The translations under genes were made by a program, and so were the position numbers. A stretch of 64,000 nucleotides of DNA from assembly GCF_006345805.1 (NCBI RefSeq), contig NW_021833238.1:19999-83998 (forward strand). Direction: 5' to 3'. Of the stretch, positions 13,761 through 25,548 are shown piece after piece (positions within the stretch are counted from its first letter, which is position 1; every line of letters starts with the position of its first letter). The DNA is from Octopus sinensis (Eukaryota). The notes under the pieces were generated by a model, which was not told the DNA's origin, did no database searches, and saw only the letters and a program-made list of their open reading frames with translations.

Positions 13761-14217
13761 AAATCATTTTGTGCACGAAACTAAAGAAATGGTTGTTCAA
13801 AATGAAATTGCAATGATTTATAGAAAGAATATTTTTCTATCCAACCATTATTACATTTCTCCGGGTCTAACATTAGCCACAGTTTTACGCCCTTATTTAT
13901 TTCTAGCGTTATCTCTTTTAAACTATTACAATATAAATCTATAAAAGCAATCTCTGTCAAGAGGTCAATGTAGGATGCTATATACATTATGTAGGTTATC
14001 TAAACTTTTACACTCGTTAAACTATTCAATGTCACTTTAAATATCATGGTGTATGTTGGCATTTTAAAACAAACCACAGATTTTTTTTCACGTGGCTCGG
14101 GAAATAAATTACCAGCAGATGAGCGGAACCAAACTGGCTATGAAAGATTACGTCTTAAGGTGCAATTATAATTCGGAAACTAATTTAAGATTTTTAATGT
14201 CAATTGTGTGGGCTGAA

Positions 14218-14218
14218 T

Positions 14219-14259
<41 letters not shown>

Positions 14260-14293
14260 TATTATCATTATTATTATTATTACTATCATTATT

Positions 14294-14348
<55 letters not shown>

Positions 14349-14375
14349 CCACCACCACCATCATCATTATTATTA
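14218..14375. repeat. (CAT)n/(TAT)n/(CAC)n microsatellite
   Basis: Directly visible; gives the poly-His/Met/Ile ORFs. Confidence 0.97.
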
Positions 14376-14698
14376 ATTCAAAGTGAAACTTAAGAAATGT
14401 TTTCTCCAAATATCAATTATAACCCGGAAAAAGCAACATTAATTATTTGCTCTTTATCATATCTCAAATGTGAGATCCTTTGTTCCTGGCAATTTTTAAT
14501 AATTCAAAAGAAATTTCACGTTTTGAAATCTTTACGATTGACATTTCAGACGTCCTTCGGTTTAAAATTCTAATTAGATATTTCATTTTCCACATTTTTC
14601 TGTAAAATAATTATAATACTAATACGAACAGGTGGCATACACTGCTGTATCACTCAGTGATGATACTACTACTACTAATAATAATAATAATAATAACG

Positions 14699-14745
<47 letters not shown>

Positions 14746-14747
<2 letters not shown>

Positions 14748-15208
14748 GAACTAAACAGCTTAGACAGAAAGACAAGGAAGTTGCTAACTAGATATGGGTC
14801 ACTCCACCCAAAAAAGTGACACAGGCAGACTGTATGTAGCAAGAAAATGAGGGGGAAGAGGACTTATTGGATGTGAACACGGCATTAGAGAAGAAGAAAG
14901 CAACATGGCATGGTATGTAAAAATGCCATAGAACCGCTATTATTAGAAGTAGGAAGGTCAGGCTTGTGTAGGATGAAATATTGCAAAGATAAAGCACTAT
15001 ACAAGAAATTGAAAACGAATGTAACTGAAAGTAGGTGGGTAAAGAAAAGAATGCGTGGTCAATTTCATAGGGATGTTGAAGATAAGACAGACAGAAAAAA
15101 AAATGACTGTGGATGACTAAACGTGATTTAAAACCGGAAGTGGAGGCTCTAATCTGTGCTGCCCAAGAGCAAGAACTAAGAACAATCTACATAAAATACA
15201 GAATAGAC
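14746..15208 (+). mobile_element. R4/Dong-clade fragment (paralog of 12905-13075, extending further 3')
   Basis: Same start and motif, then ...EPLLLEVGRSGL...MRGQFHRDVEDKTD...LKPEVEALICAAQEQ.LRT.YIKYRID. Confidence 0.75.
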
Positions 15209-16230
15209 TCCACTTAAGGGCAGAAGTAGCAGGATTATACCTGACTAGAAAGGAAGGTGAAGGAGAGTTAATATCAGTAGAAGACTGCGCGGAGTTAGCG
15301 AGAGTAGATATAGACTCCTAAGAAGAAAGTTTTTTAAATACTGCAAGAGTCACAGCAAGACATAACGAAACCGTAACCCCAAACAAACTTAAAAATCAGA
15401 CAAAAGTACAGAAATTATCTGACTGACAGGAGAAGGCGTTGCATAGTAGATTCCCAAAGATATTTGCAGCAAATAGTAGTAATGAGACACGGTTATAGTT
15501 ACAGAAAGGAAAGCTGAAGAGGGAGACAAAAAGTTTGTTAGTAGCTGCATAAGATCAAGCATTAAAGACTAATTGGATAAAAGCCAAGTTAGACAAAAAT
15601 CAAGTATATTTCCAATAAAGGTTATGCAAATCAAAGGAGGAAAACGATATTCATATAGTAAGTGAATGTAGCATGCTGGCACAGAAAGAATACAAGAAAA
15701 GAGACAACGATCTAGGGAGAGTAATCCACTAAGAGCTATGGAGAAAGATAGGATTTGAAAATTCTGATAAATGATACTAGAAAGTAAGAAATACAAGATG
15801 TTGTGGGACGTTAACATTTAAATACTGACAGAGTATTAGAAGCTAGAAGGCCTGATTTGGAAGTAGTAGGTAAAGACAATAGAAAGTGCCAGATAATTGA
15901 CTTTACAGTCCCAAATAATGAAAACATTAATATGAAAAATATAGAAAAAATAGCAAACTACCAGGACCCATGTATTGATTTACAGAGACTATGTAAAGTG
16001 CGGATAAAATGTATCCCAGTAGTTATAGGTGCATTGGGAACTATCGCTAAAGATCTGAACAGAAGGATAGAGGAAATAGGCATAACACCCAGTTTAGTAC
16101 AACTCCAGAAAACAGTGTTATTAGGGACAGCTAGGATACTTAGGAGGGTTCTTGGCATCTAAGGTTACTTGTTGTTGCCCGATGTTAGGATTTTTTCTTT
16201 TCCAACAGTCTAACCAGACTAACAGTGATG
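15209..16230 (+). pseudogene. R4/Dong-clade 3' half: zinc-knuckle remnant plus restriction-like (PD-D/ExK) endonuclease and 3' UTR
   Basis: Decayed LH.RFPK...AAxDQAL.TNWIKA..., C..K.KEE..HIVSECSMLAQKEYKKR, then RPDLEVV...IIDFTVP...YQD...IPVVIGALG...LLGTARILRRVLGI* (ORF 15857-16162); followed by (AAT)n. Confidence 0.85.
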
Positions 16231-16300
16231 ATAGTAATAATATTAATAACAACTACAAATAATAATTATATTATACACCAATAATAATAATAATAATAAT

Positions 16301-16332
<32 letters not shown>

Positions 16333-16471
16333 CAGGAAAGTATTAGATAGCTGAAAAAACGAATAGCATGGCACCGTATGCTGCAGGTAGTAAGCCCGCT
16401 ACTCGTGCAAGACTCCAGGAGCTCTAACAGAACCTGTGATAAAGAATAATAATAATAATAATAATAATATA

Positions 16472-16539
<68 letters not shown>

Positions 16540-16570
16540 AATAATAGTAATAATAATAGTCATAATAATA

Positions 16571-16601
<31 letters not shown>

Positions 16602-16606
16602 TGATG

Positions 16607-16672
<66 letters not shown>

Positions 16673-16675
<3 letters not shown>

Positions 16676-17091
16676 GACCTACTCATTGAAATTAAAGACC
16701 TACTCATTGAAACTAAAGACCTACTCATTGAAACTAAAGACCTACTCATTGAAATTAAAGACCTACTCATTGAAATTAAAGACCTACTCATTGAAATTAA
16801 AGACCTACTCATTGAAATTAAAGACCTACTCATTGAAATTAAAAACCTACTCATTGAAATTAAAGACCTACTCATTGAAACTAAAGACCTACTCATTGAA
16901 ATTAAAGACCTACTCATTGAAATTAAAGACCTACTCATTGAAATTAAAGACCTACTCATTGAAATTAAAGACCTACTCATTGAAATTAAAGACCTACTCA
17001 TTGAAATTAAAGACCTACTCATTGAAACTAAAGACCTACTCATTGAAATAAAGACCTACTCATTGAAATTAAAGACCTACTCATTGAAATT
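16673..17091 (+). repeat. 21-bp minisatellite, 20 units of AAAGACCTACTCATTGAAATT
   Basis: 19 units of 21 bp and one of 20 bp; variants ...GAAACT in units 2, 3, 10, 17 and AAAAACC in unit 9; the last unit runs into LINE coding sequence. Confidence 0.97.
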
Positions 17092-17457
17092 GAGAAAATG
17101 TGGCATCTCAAGGAGGTTACAATACCAGTGATCGTAGGAGCACTAGGACTGATCAAGAAGGGAACCGAAAATTATATGAGAATGATCCCTGGCGTACCAT
17201 CACTGCAAGAAGTGCAAAATATTGTCTTAACTGGTACATCACACGTATTGAGAAGAGCATTGTCGATGTGAGAACTGTTGCTGCTCATGTATTTTAATTT
17301 AACTTAAAAAAAAAAAAAATGAACGAACTATTGAGTTTGGTTTAATGGCCTACCAATATATACTATGAGTTTCTTTGCCCTAGGAGTCGGGAAGACACTC
17401 GGCAAGAAATGGAAGCAAATTTGAAAGAAGAAAAAAAAAGTAATAATAATAATAATC
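17071..17457 (+). mobile_element. 5'-truncated R4/Dong-clade LINE 3' end (C-terminus of REL domain, 3' UTR, (TAA)n tail)
   Basis: Open frame KDLLIEIEKMWHLKEVTIPVIVGALGLIKKGTENYMRMIPGVPSLQEVQNIVLTGTSHVLRRALSM* (stop ends 17271), ~170-nt UTR, then TAA repeats. Confidence 0.85.
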
Positions 17458-17525
17458 TGCCATAGGTGTATGGAAAACACTCGGCGAGAAACGGAAGAAA
17501 ATTTGAAGAAAGAAGGAAAAAACAT
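17458..17525 (+). mobile_element. Short 3' stub of a related (TAA)n-tailed element
   Basis: ACACTCGGCGAGAAACGGAAGAAAATTTGAAG parallels ACACTCGGCAAGAAATGGAAGCAAATTTGAAAG just upstream and is followed by its own AAT tail; repeated at 19039-19107. Confidence 0.6.
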
Positions 17526-17535
17526 AATAATAATG

Positions 17536-17612
<77 letters not shown>

Positions 17613-17710
17613 AAGAAAAGAAGAAGATGATGAAGAAGAAGAAGAAGAAGAAGAAAAGGAAAAAGAAGAAGAAGAAGAAGAAGAAGAAGAAGAAGAAGAA
17701 GAAGAAGAAA
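17525..17710. repeat. (AAT)n(GAA)n microsatellite (second copy ~19107-19335)
   Basis: Directly visible. Confidence 0.95.
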
Positions 17711-18151
17711 CAAAAGAAATGAAGGAAGGGAGGTATATTTGATGAACGATTATAGATTAAAGAATAGAGTTCGTTGCCAAGTATACGCTTTCTTTTCATT
17801 TAACAATCACTGGAAACTTTCCTGTCATCTCAGTTCGTTATTTTTGGCTTGTTCGTTATTTTCTATTTTATTGCCTTATTAGCTTCTGTAAGGTAATAAG
17901 ACGACTTGGGAATGTAATACCAGGAAGGTTTTGAGTAAATACTACAAAGCGTAGTTGTGGTATACCTTACTGATTCTTAAAATTTATTTAGCAAATCAAT
18001 ATCGCTCTTACGTTCGATTTTGAATTTGTTTGGCAAGAATATTGATCTGGAAGTGTGTTGTAACCAATATAGTTATATATGGAATAAGTAAAGAGAAAAG
18101 GCTTAAATAAATGGCTAAGTATAATAATAATATAATATAATAATAATAATA

Positions 18152-18189
<38 letters not shown>

Positions 18190-18259
18190 AATAATACCAA
18201 CAATAATAATAATAATAATAATAATATAATAATAATAATAATAATAAAATAATAATAAT

Positions 18260-18672
18260 AAAGACCTACTCATTGAAATTAAAGACCTACTCATTGAACT
18301 AAAGACCTACTCATTGAAACTAAAGACCTACTCATTGAAATAAGACCTACTCATTGAATTAAAGACCTACTCATTGAAATTAAAGACCTACTCATTGAAA
18401 TTAAAGACCTACTCATTGAAATTAAAAACCTACTCATTGAAATTAAAGACCTACTCATTGAAACTAAAGACCTACTCATTGAAATTAAAGACCTACTCAT
18501 TGAAATTAAAGACCTACTCATTGAAATTAAAGACCTACTCATTGAAATTAAAGACCTACTCATTGAAATTAAGACCTACTCATTGAAATTAAAGACCTAC
18601 TCATTGAATTAAAGACCTACTCATTGAAATAAAGACCTACTCATTGAAATTAAAGACCTACTCATTGAAATT
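18260..18672 (+). repeat. Second copy of the 21-bp minisatellite (~20 units)
   Basis: Same unit and largely the same variant order (AAAAACC unit followed by a GAAACT unit), with several 1-nt deletions. Confidence 0.95.
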
Positions 18673-19038
18673 GAGAAAATGTGGCATCTCAAGGAGGTTA
18701 CAATACCAGTGATCGTAGGAGCACTAGGACTGATCAAGAAGGACCGAAAATTATATGAGAATGATCCCTGGCTTACCATCCCTGCAAGAAGTGCAACAAA
18801 TTGTCTTAACTGGTACATCACACGTATTGAGAAGAGCATTGTCGATGTGAGAACTGTTGCTGCTGCTCATGTATTTTAATTTAACTTAAAAAAAAAAAAA
18901 ATGAACGAACTATTGAGTTTGGTTTAATGGCCTACCAATGTATACTATGAGTTTCTTTGCCCTAGGAGTCGGGAAGACACTCGGCAAGAAATGGAAGCAA
19001 ATTTGAAAGAAGAAAAAAAAAGTAATAATAATAATAAT
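18652..19038 (+). mobile_element. Second copy of the R4/Dong 3' end (part of a ~1.6-kb tandem duplication)
   Basis: Near-identical to 17071-17457 apart from small indels. Confidence 0.85.
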
Positions 19039-19161
19039 CTGCCATAGGTGTATGGAAAACACTCGGCGAGAAACGGAAGAAAATTTGAAGAAAGAAGGAA
19101 AAAACATAATAATAATGATAATAATAATAATAATAATAATATATAATAATAATAATAATAA

Positions 19162-19192
<31 letters not shown>

Positions 19193-19744
19193 AAAAGAAG
19201 AAGATGATGAAGAAGAAGAAAGAAGAAGAAGAAGAAGAGAAGAAGAAGAAAAGAAAAAAGAAGAAGAAGAAGAAAAAGAAGAAGAAGAAGAAAAGAAGAA
19301 GAAGAAAAGAAGAAGAAGAAGAAGAAGAAGAAGAAACAAAGAAATGAAGGAAGGGAGGTATATTTGATGAACGATTATAGATTAAAGAATAGAGTTCGTT
19401 GCCAAGTATACGCTTTCTTTTCATTTAACAATCACTGGAAACTTTCCTGTCATCTCAGTTCGTTATTTTTGGCTTGTTCGTTATTTTCTATTTTATTGCC
19501 TTATTAGCTTCTGTAAGGTAATAAGACGACTTGGGAATGTAATACCAGGAAGGTTTTGAGTAAATACTACAAAGCGTAGTTGTGGTATACCTTACTGATT
19601 CTTAAAATTTATTTAGCAAATCAATATCGCTCTTACGTTCGATTTTGAATTTGTTTGGCAAGAATATTGATCTGGAAGTGTGTTGTAACCAATATAGTTA
19701 TATATGGAATAAGTAAAGAGAAAAGGCTTAAATAAATGGCTAAG

Positions 19745-19780
<36 letters not shown>

Positions 19781-19829
19781 TAATAATAATAATGATGATG
19801 ATGATGATGATGATGATAATAATACCAAC

Positions 19830-19873
<44 letters not shown>

Positions 19874-19888
19874 TAATGATAATAATAA

Positions 19889-20160
19889 TGGCTTCTTTTA
19901 TTTGCCACCAGGGCGAACGATGAGTGTGGACAATACAAAGACATACTTAGGGTGCATCAAAAGCCACGGCTTGCCTAAGCTGCCACTCAGAGGGAGCTGA
20001 CAGCAGATTGACCGCCTCGCCATTGGAACGCGTCCCTTCCACAAGAACATGAACAAGAGACGTTCCAATTGATCAAGCAATAACTGGGGTAAAGCACGAC
20101 GGTTAGACAATAAATGATAACGGAGGCGATGTAGGCTTTCACCACCTCTGCCCGATTATC
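19889..20160 (-). mobile_element. L1/Tx1-clade LINE fragment (post-RT region)
   Basis: Frameshifted RAEVVKAYIASVIIY.LTVV...LDQLERLLFMFLWKGRVPMARRSICCQLPLSGSLG, resembling the FLW...RR...GGLG signature of L1/Tx1. Confidence 0.6.
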
Positions 20161-20167
20161 TGACTGA

Positions 20168-20525
20168 TAAGAGAAGGCTTTGCATGGTGGATTTCCAAAG
20201 ATAGTAGCGGAAAATAGTAATAGTGAGACATAATTGTGGTTCCAGAAAGGAAGACTGAAACAGAAGTTTATTAATAGCAGCTCAAGACCAGGCATCGAGA
20301 ACTAACAGGATAAAAACTAAGACAAAAATCAAGTAGATTCCCAATGTAGGTCATGTAAATCAATGGAAGTGTCAAATAATCGGACACAGATGGGATACAA
20401 AAAAATATATGACAACCTATAGAGGATAATCGTCTGGGAGGTATGTAGAAAGCTAGAACTTGACCACATTGATAAGTGGTATGAAAACGAACCTAGTAAA
20501 GTGCTAGAAAGTGCTGAACCCGAAA
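20168..20525 (+). mobile_element. R4/Dong-clade fragment related to 15420-15790
   Basis: KALHGGFPKIVAENSNSET.LWFQKGRL...LLIAAQDQASRTNRIKT...SQCRSCKS; clear nucleotide similarity to 15430-15790. Confidence 0.75.
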
Positions 20526-21661
20526 CCACAAGGCTGCAAAGTGAGCTTCGCTTTTATCAAAAGATGTACGATCAAACTTTATAGGCGGATACTCTAAACA
20601 TATTACTGTTATTGCTTTTATATACGTTAAAAAAGTATAGTGAAATAAATTCCACCGCGAATTGTACATGGTGAGTTAGCTAAAGTCTTGTAGTAAATCA
20701 TCTACTGTCATTTACTTACGACTACACTAAATTAACCACCATTTTTGTTTTGGCTATAAAATTATTTTTATAACTGTTGGAGGGGGATCGAAGGATTGTT
20801 TTATACGTTAAAGTACGGGCACTATTCAGTTACGTCCCTCTACGCCCTGGCTCTGAACCTAATCGAAATTTATTTCCAGGTACGATATAGAATCGCTAAC
20901 TGTAGCTCCTAAAGAGTTCTATTACAGAGTGTGAAAATGGAGGTTAATAATTTAAAGAGGGATCAACAGAATGACATAAAAAAATGAAAAGGAAGAAAAG
21001 AGACTCAATTCAAAATTTACCTCGTAGTTTGATTAGAAAAACAAGATCCTAAAGGTTAGCGACTCCCAAAGAAAGGAGAAAATTTTATAAAATTAAGAAA
21101 TATTTTCATAAAATTCATTGACATTCGAGTGAGGAAAGGTAATCTTTACAAATACGAAAGGAGAGAGCTCCGGACATGTTTCAGTCCTATTGTTCCTCAT
21201 TAGCATAGCATAGTTAAACTCAGGTCTGCTTTATCAGTTTAGAAACAATATTACATGCAAAGAGTTGCAAAAATGTTTGTTAGTAGTAATTTGCATAATT
21301 AAGAAAAAATAATTAAATGAGCCACATGAAATAATTCATATGGGTAAATAGCATGCAGTTAGAAAATTAAGTTAAGGTGATATACTAAATGATGCATACA
21401 AAAATATCTTTGTTAATTAAAAACCTCTTTATTGGAGAAAGAAAAGAAGGATCTAGCGGTAATTCTTAGCCACTATCCAAGAAAAGGAGCGATAATTTGC
21501 ACCCATCATTTAATATGTCGCCCTTTACCTCATCTAAATCCAAGCTATCGGCATATTTGAGATATTTCATTCTGTTCATTTTATTTATAATTGTGAAGAA
21601 CATTTGATCAAAAGGCCGGTCTCTCTTCTTGATAAAGAAATTCATCACAGTAATTTTGGTT

Positions 21662-21928
21662 GATAAATAATAAAATAAATGCGCCCTTTTAAAGTCTAGC
21701 CAGGCTCAAGGACCCGGTTTCCCGGTTTCTATGGCGTATGTGCTCCCCAGCTGGACGGGACGCCAGTCCATCGCAGTGTTACTCATTTTTGCCAACTGAG
21801 TGGACTGGAGCAACGTGAAATGAAGTGTTTCGCTCAAGAACACAACGCGTCGCCCGGTCCAGGAATCGAAACCACAATCTTACGATGATGATGCTGACAC
21901 CCTAACCACTAAGCCACGCGCCTCCACT
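21662..21928 (-). mobile_element. SINE family C (3' monomer of a dimer)
   Basis: Reverse complement of the 6489-6750 type. Confidence 0.9.
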
Positions 21929-22180
21929 CATGCTCTTTTTTTAAAAGCATAGCCATACTCATGGGCCCGGTTTCCCGGTTTCTATGGCGTATGTGTTCCC
22001 CAGCTGCATGGGACGCTAGTCCATCGCAGCATTACTCATTTTTGCCAGCTGAGTGGACTGGAGCAACGGGGAATGAAGTGTTTTGCTCAAGAACACAACG
22101 CGTCGCCCGGTTCAGGAATCGAAACCACAATCTTACGATCATGAAGCTGACACCCTAACCACTAAGCCACGCGCCCCCAC
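21929..22180 (-). mobile_element. SINE family C (5' monomer of a dimer)
   Basis: Same family with a diverged tail; TSD AATTTTGGTTGAT flanks the pair (21652-64, 22181-93). Confidence 0.88.
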
Positions 22181-23182
22181 AATTTTGGTTGATGTAGTTT
22201 CTTAACATTTTTCTCTTCGGATTCTACTGATTTATTTCGTCATTTCTTCACATGGCTGTAAATCGGTCGAAAAATTCTTCCATTCAACGCGTGAACTACG
22301 AATATCCCCGCTTTTAGCAAGTCAAAATGTGTTCCTATTAAATGTCAAAAAATTTCATTTCCTTCCCCCTCTCTCTTTCTCTCTCCCTCTGTTTTTATCT
22401 GCCTCTCTCTTTCTCTCTCTCTCTCTCTGTCTCTTCCTGTCCCTCTGTCTCTGTCTCTTTCTCTCTCTTCAACACATTCTTTCGTTATATTATTCCACAA
22501 CTTACACTGCAACCCGTTTGACATGTAGCTGAACAACTCTTACAACAGACAAGTATCTACCCAGTCCTTTGTTTGCTTTAGTCACACCCAGAGTTAGTTA
22601 CATTTTTAAACCAATCTATTCAATCCCCTCTTTCTCGCTCTCTGTTTCCTTCACTCCCCCTCTCTCCCTTTGTACTCTAAGCATATTGCTATTAGTCATG
22701 CTTCCAATTCACCGACCCGTTGTTAAAACAACTGCCATATCGAATACACCTGCCATATTAAAATCTTCTATTCTGGGAAAGGTTTAAAGATAAGATTTCA
22801 TCGTAAATATTTGCATTCTAGTTCTATATGTTTAACCACTTACGACCATGAACTCTGCTATAGACTTCAATAAATTACTGAAACTTGCACTGCATAATTC
22901 ACCGCACTATTCCCGGCTTTACTACAGTACTATAGGACTTCACTACTATAACCTCAACCACACGACTATATATTCCATTACACTATAACAGCCTCCTACA
23001 TTATTACTTCCATTACAGTACTTCATTAACTACTGCAATTCTGAAGCCTCCAGTGCATTAAAAACTATAAGGCGGCAATCTGGCAGAATCGTAGCTGGGC
23101 ATTTCACAAAGAAACGCGCGCTCACATAAATACACACACAGGCATGCACGTGCAGGTATATACGATGAAGTGGAGACACAAT

Positions 23183-23537
23183 ACCCCAGTTGTTAGGGCA
23201 GCAGACTCGCGGTCATAGGATCGTTGTTTCGATTCCCAGACCGGGCATTGTGAGTGTTTATTGAGCGAAAACACCTAACCTGCTCCGGCAGGGGATGGTG
23301 GTGAACCCTACTATATTCTTTCACAATTTCCTCTCAGTTTCTTCCCGTTTCTGTTATGCCTGTATTTCAAAGGGCCGGCCTTGTCATACACTGAGTCACA
23401 CTGAATCTCCACGAGAACTACGTTAAGGGCACACATGTCTGTGGAGTGCTCAGCCACTTGTACGTTAATTTCACGAGCAGGATGTTCCGTTGATCGGACC
23501 AACTGGAACCCTCCTCGTCGTAATCGACGGAGTGCCA
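23183..23537 (+). mobile_element. SINE: family-E head with D-type tail
   Basis: Head GTTAGGGCAGCAGACTCGCGGTC...TTTCGATTCCCAGACC; tail TATTTCAAAGGGCCGGCCTTGTCA...GTCGTAATCGACGGAGT matches the tail of 4795-5126. Confidence 0.8.
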
Positions 23538-23574
23538 AGATATACGACGGGCTTTCACACCGTTTCAATTAACA

Positions 23575-23710
23575 AATTCACTCAAAAGACATTTGTCGGC
23601 CTGGGTTTACAGCATAAGAATTTTTCCCAAGGGGCCGCGCAATTGAATTGAACCAGAAACCACGTAGTTCCAAAGCGATCTTCTTAATCACACGGCCATG
23701 CCAGCGCCTA
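23575..23710 (-). mobile_element. Old degenerate family-B SINE head
   Basis: Reverse complement GGCGCTGGCATGGCCGTGTGATTAAGAAGATCGCTTTGGAACTACGTGGTTTCTGGTTCAATTC resembles the family-B head. Confidence 0.55.
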
Positions 23711-24068
23711 TTATGCTAACATTTGTTGGGTATAACTGATTTCCACTACAGCGCGCATTTTACATTATTCTATACAAGATCGTATTTGGTCTTTTATACC
23801 GAAGCTTTATTGAGATTGTGGCAAGATCACTCTACCATTATTCTTTCGTATTATAAGGAAGTATGCATCTCCACTTCACATCAGAGCAGCTTCTGGTATT
23901 TTTATCTTCAGGACTATCCTTTCTATGGATTGCATTGTATAATATAATAGCTTGGCCACAAAATCAAACTTCATAGGCAGTTGGTTTCTATATATGTATG
24001 AATGTATGTATGTATATATGTATGTATGCATGTATGTATGTATGTATGTATGTATGTATGTATGTATG

Positions 24069-24107
<39 letters not shown>

Positions 24108-24743
24108 TGCATGTACGTACGTATGTATATATGTATGTATGTAGGTATATTGGAACGTATCTATATATGCGTGTATGTATGCATTTATGTAAAAATGTAT
24201 GTATAAATGTACACAAAAATGTAAGTAACAATTCATATATCTAAGAATATATACACATTTCTATTTCTATATGAATTTATGTATGTCTTGTGTTGTGTTC
24301 TGTTGTCTTGTGTATGTGTGTGTCTGTGTGCGTGTGTATGTGTGTGTGTGTGATCATTTTATATTCGTCTACGTCGTTCTCTGTCTGTGTTTTCAGTAAA
24401 TAACCATAGAAGTAAAAGTTTCTATGTTTAAAGTATTATTCCGATTATTTGTTTATTAACTTTTATCTAATTAGAAACATAATCTAGAAGTCAAAGTCAC
24501 TGCAGTTGCACAGAGTTAGGTTAGACAGACATAAAAATACATACATACACGTGTGCGCACTATATAGATAGATAGATTGATAGAAATCCTTGCATATAAA
24601 TTTGTGTGTATATATAAACACACATGCATATATACATATGTGTGTGTGTATATGCATATATATTAAAAATGTATATATATACATATGAATATATATAAAT
24701 GTATATATAAATGTATATATATATATATATATATATTTATATA

Positions 24744-25495
24744 GAGGGCATTATACATACATGCCGAGGGCATTATATACTGCCACACGCTAAGAAGGAC
24801 AATTAGTCATTTCTACCAAAAATTTTACAATCCACCGAATGCAATTTTTCAAAGTAAGATATTTAAAAATATAGATGTATCACTGTGATTTCATACCTCT
24901 GTATTCATCAGCAAGCCTGGATGTATCATAAATAAACGACCCTGCCTCGCTTAAGCCGAGCAGCTAACCGGTCACATCAACGAAGCACATGGGTGAGTTA
25001 CATATATACATCCGGTAAATGCAGACTTTTACGAATTGCATTTCGGGAAAGGAAAAGTTTTTTCGGAATAAAAATTTAGCAATTAAGGACAACTACTTAA
25101 TAGGAAAACTTAACAAGAAATTGTCAGGTAGATAGCGTGAAAGACCTCATAGAGAGAAAAAAATTTCGAAAATAATTATTTCTTATTGAACATATTAATT
25201 TATATATAGAGGGCATTATACATACATGCCAGGTATACCGGTCTAAGATTAATTCTGTATTTTGTATATTTTCATCTGTCTTACCCGCTTATGTTCTGGT
25301 GTTTGCGGAATTTCTCTGGAGAACATTCTTTTCTTTGTAGTTAGAACGTAGGGGATCTTCTTCTAGCATATTGGATGTCCACTTAGTGGTCCTATTACAA
25401 TTTTTCTGAATTTCCAGATTTTTCTATATGCTAGGCTACTGGTTTTAAATTGATATTTATTAAATTAATATTCAATTTATAACCCTCAAAGATAT
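24744..25495. mobile_element. Unclassified insert between (TA)n tracts carrying a hammerhead motif; probable PLE-derived piece
   Basis: TA tracts on both sides; 22-bp direct repeat GAGGGCATTATACATACATGCC at 24744 and 25209; hammerhead core at 24874-24915. Confidence 0.45.
24874..24915 (-). ncRNA. Minimal type I hammerhead ribozyme motif (weak stem I)
   Basis: Minus strand reads CUUG-CUGAUGA-AUAC(AGAG)GUAU-GAAA-UCAC(A)GUGA-UA/CAUC: exact core, perfect stems II and III, AUA cleavage triplet; stem I only 2 bp. Confidence 0.6.

Positions 25496-25547
<52 letters not shown>

Positions 25548-25548
<1 letters not shown>

Noticed and set aside
16399-17091. 21-bp array as a CRISPR array or a coiled-coil gene ((KDLLIEI)n, (LKTYSLK)n, (MSRSLIS)n)
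   Set aside because: No spacers and no cas genes; eukaryotic context; no ATG or promoter evidence in the LINE frame; the unit is LINE sequence.
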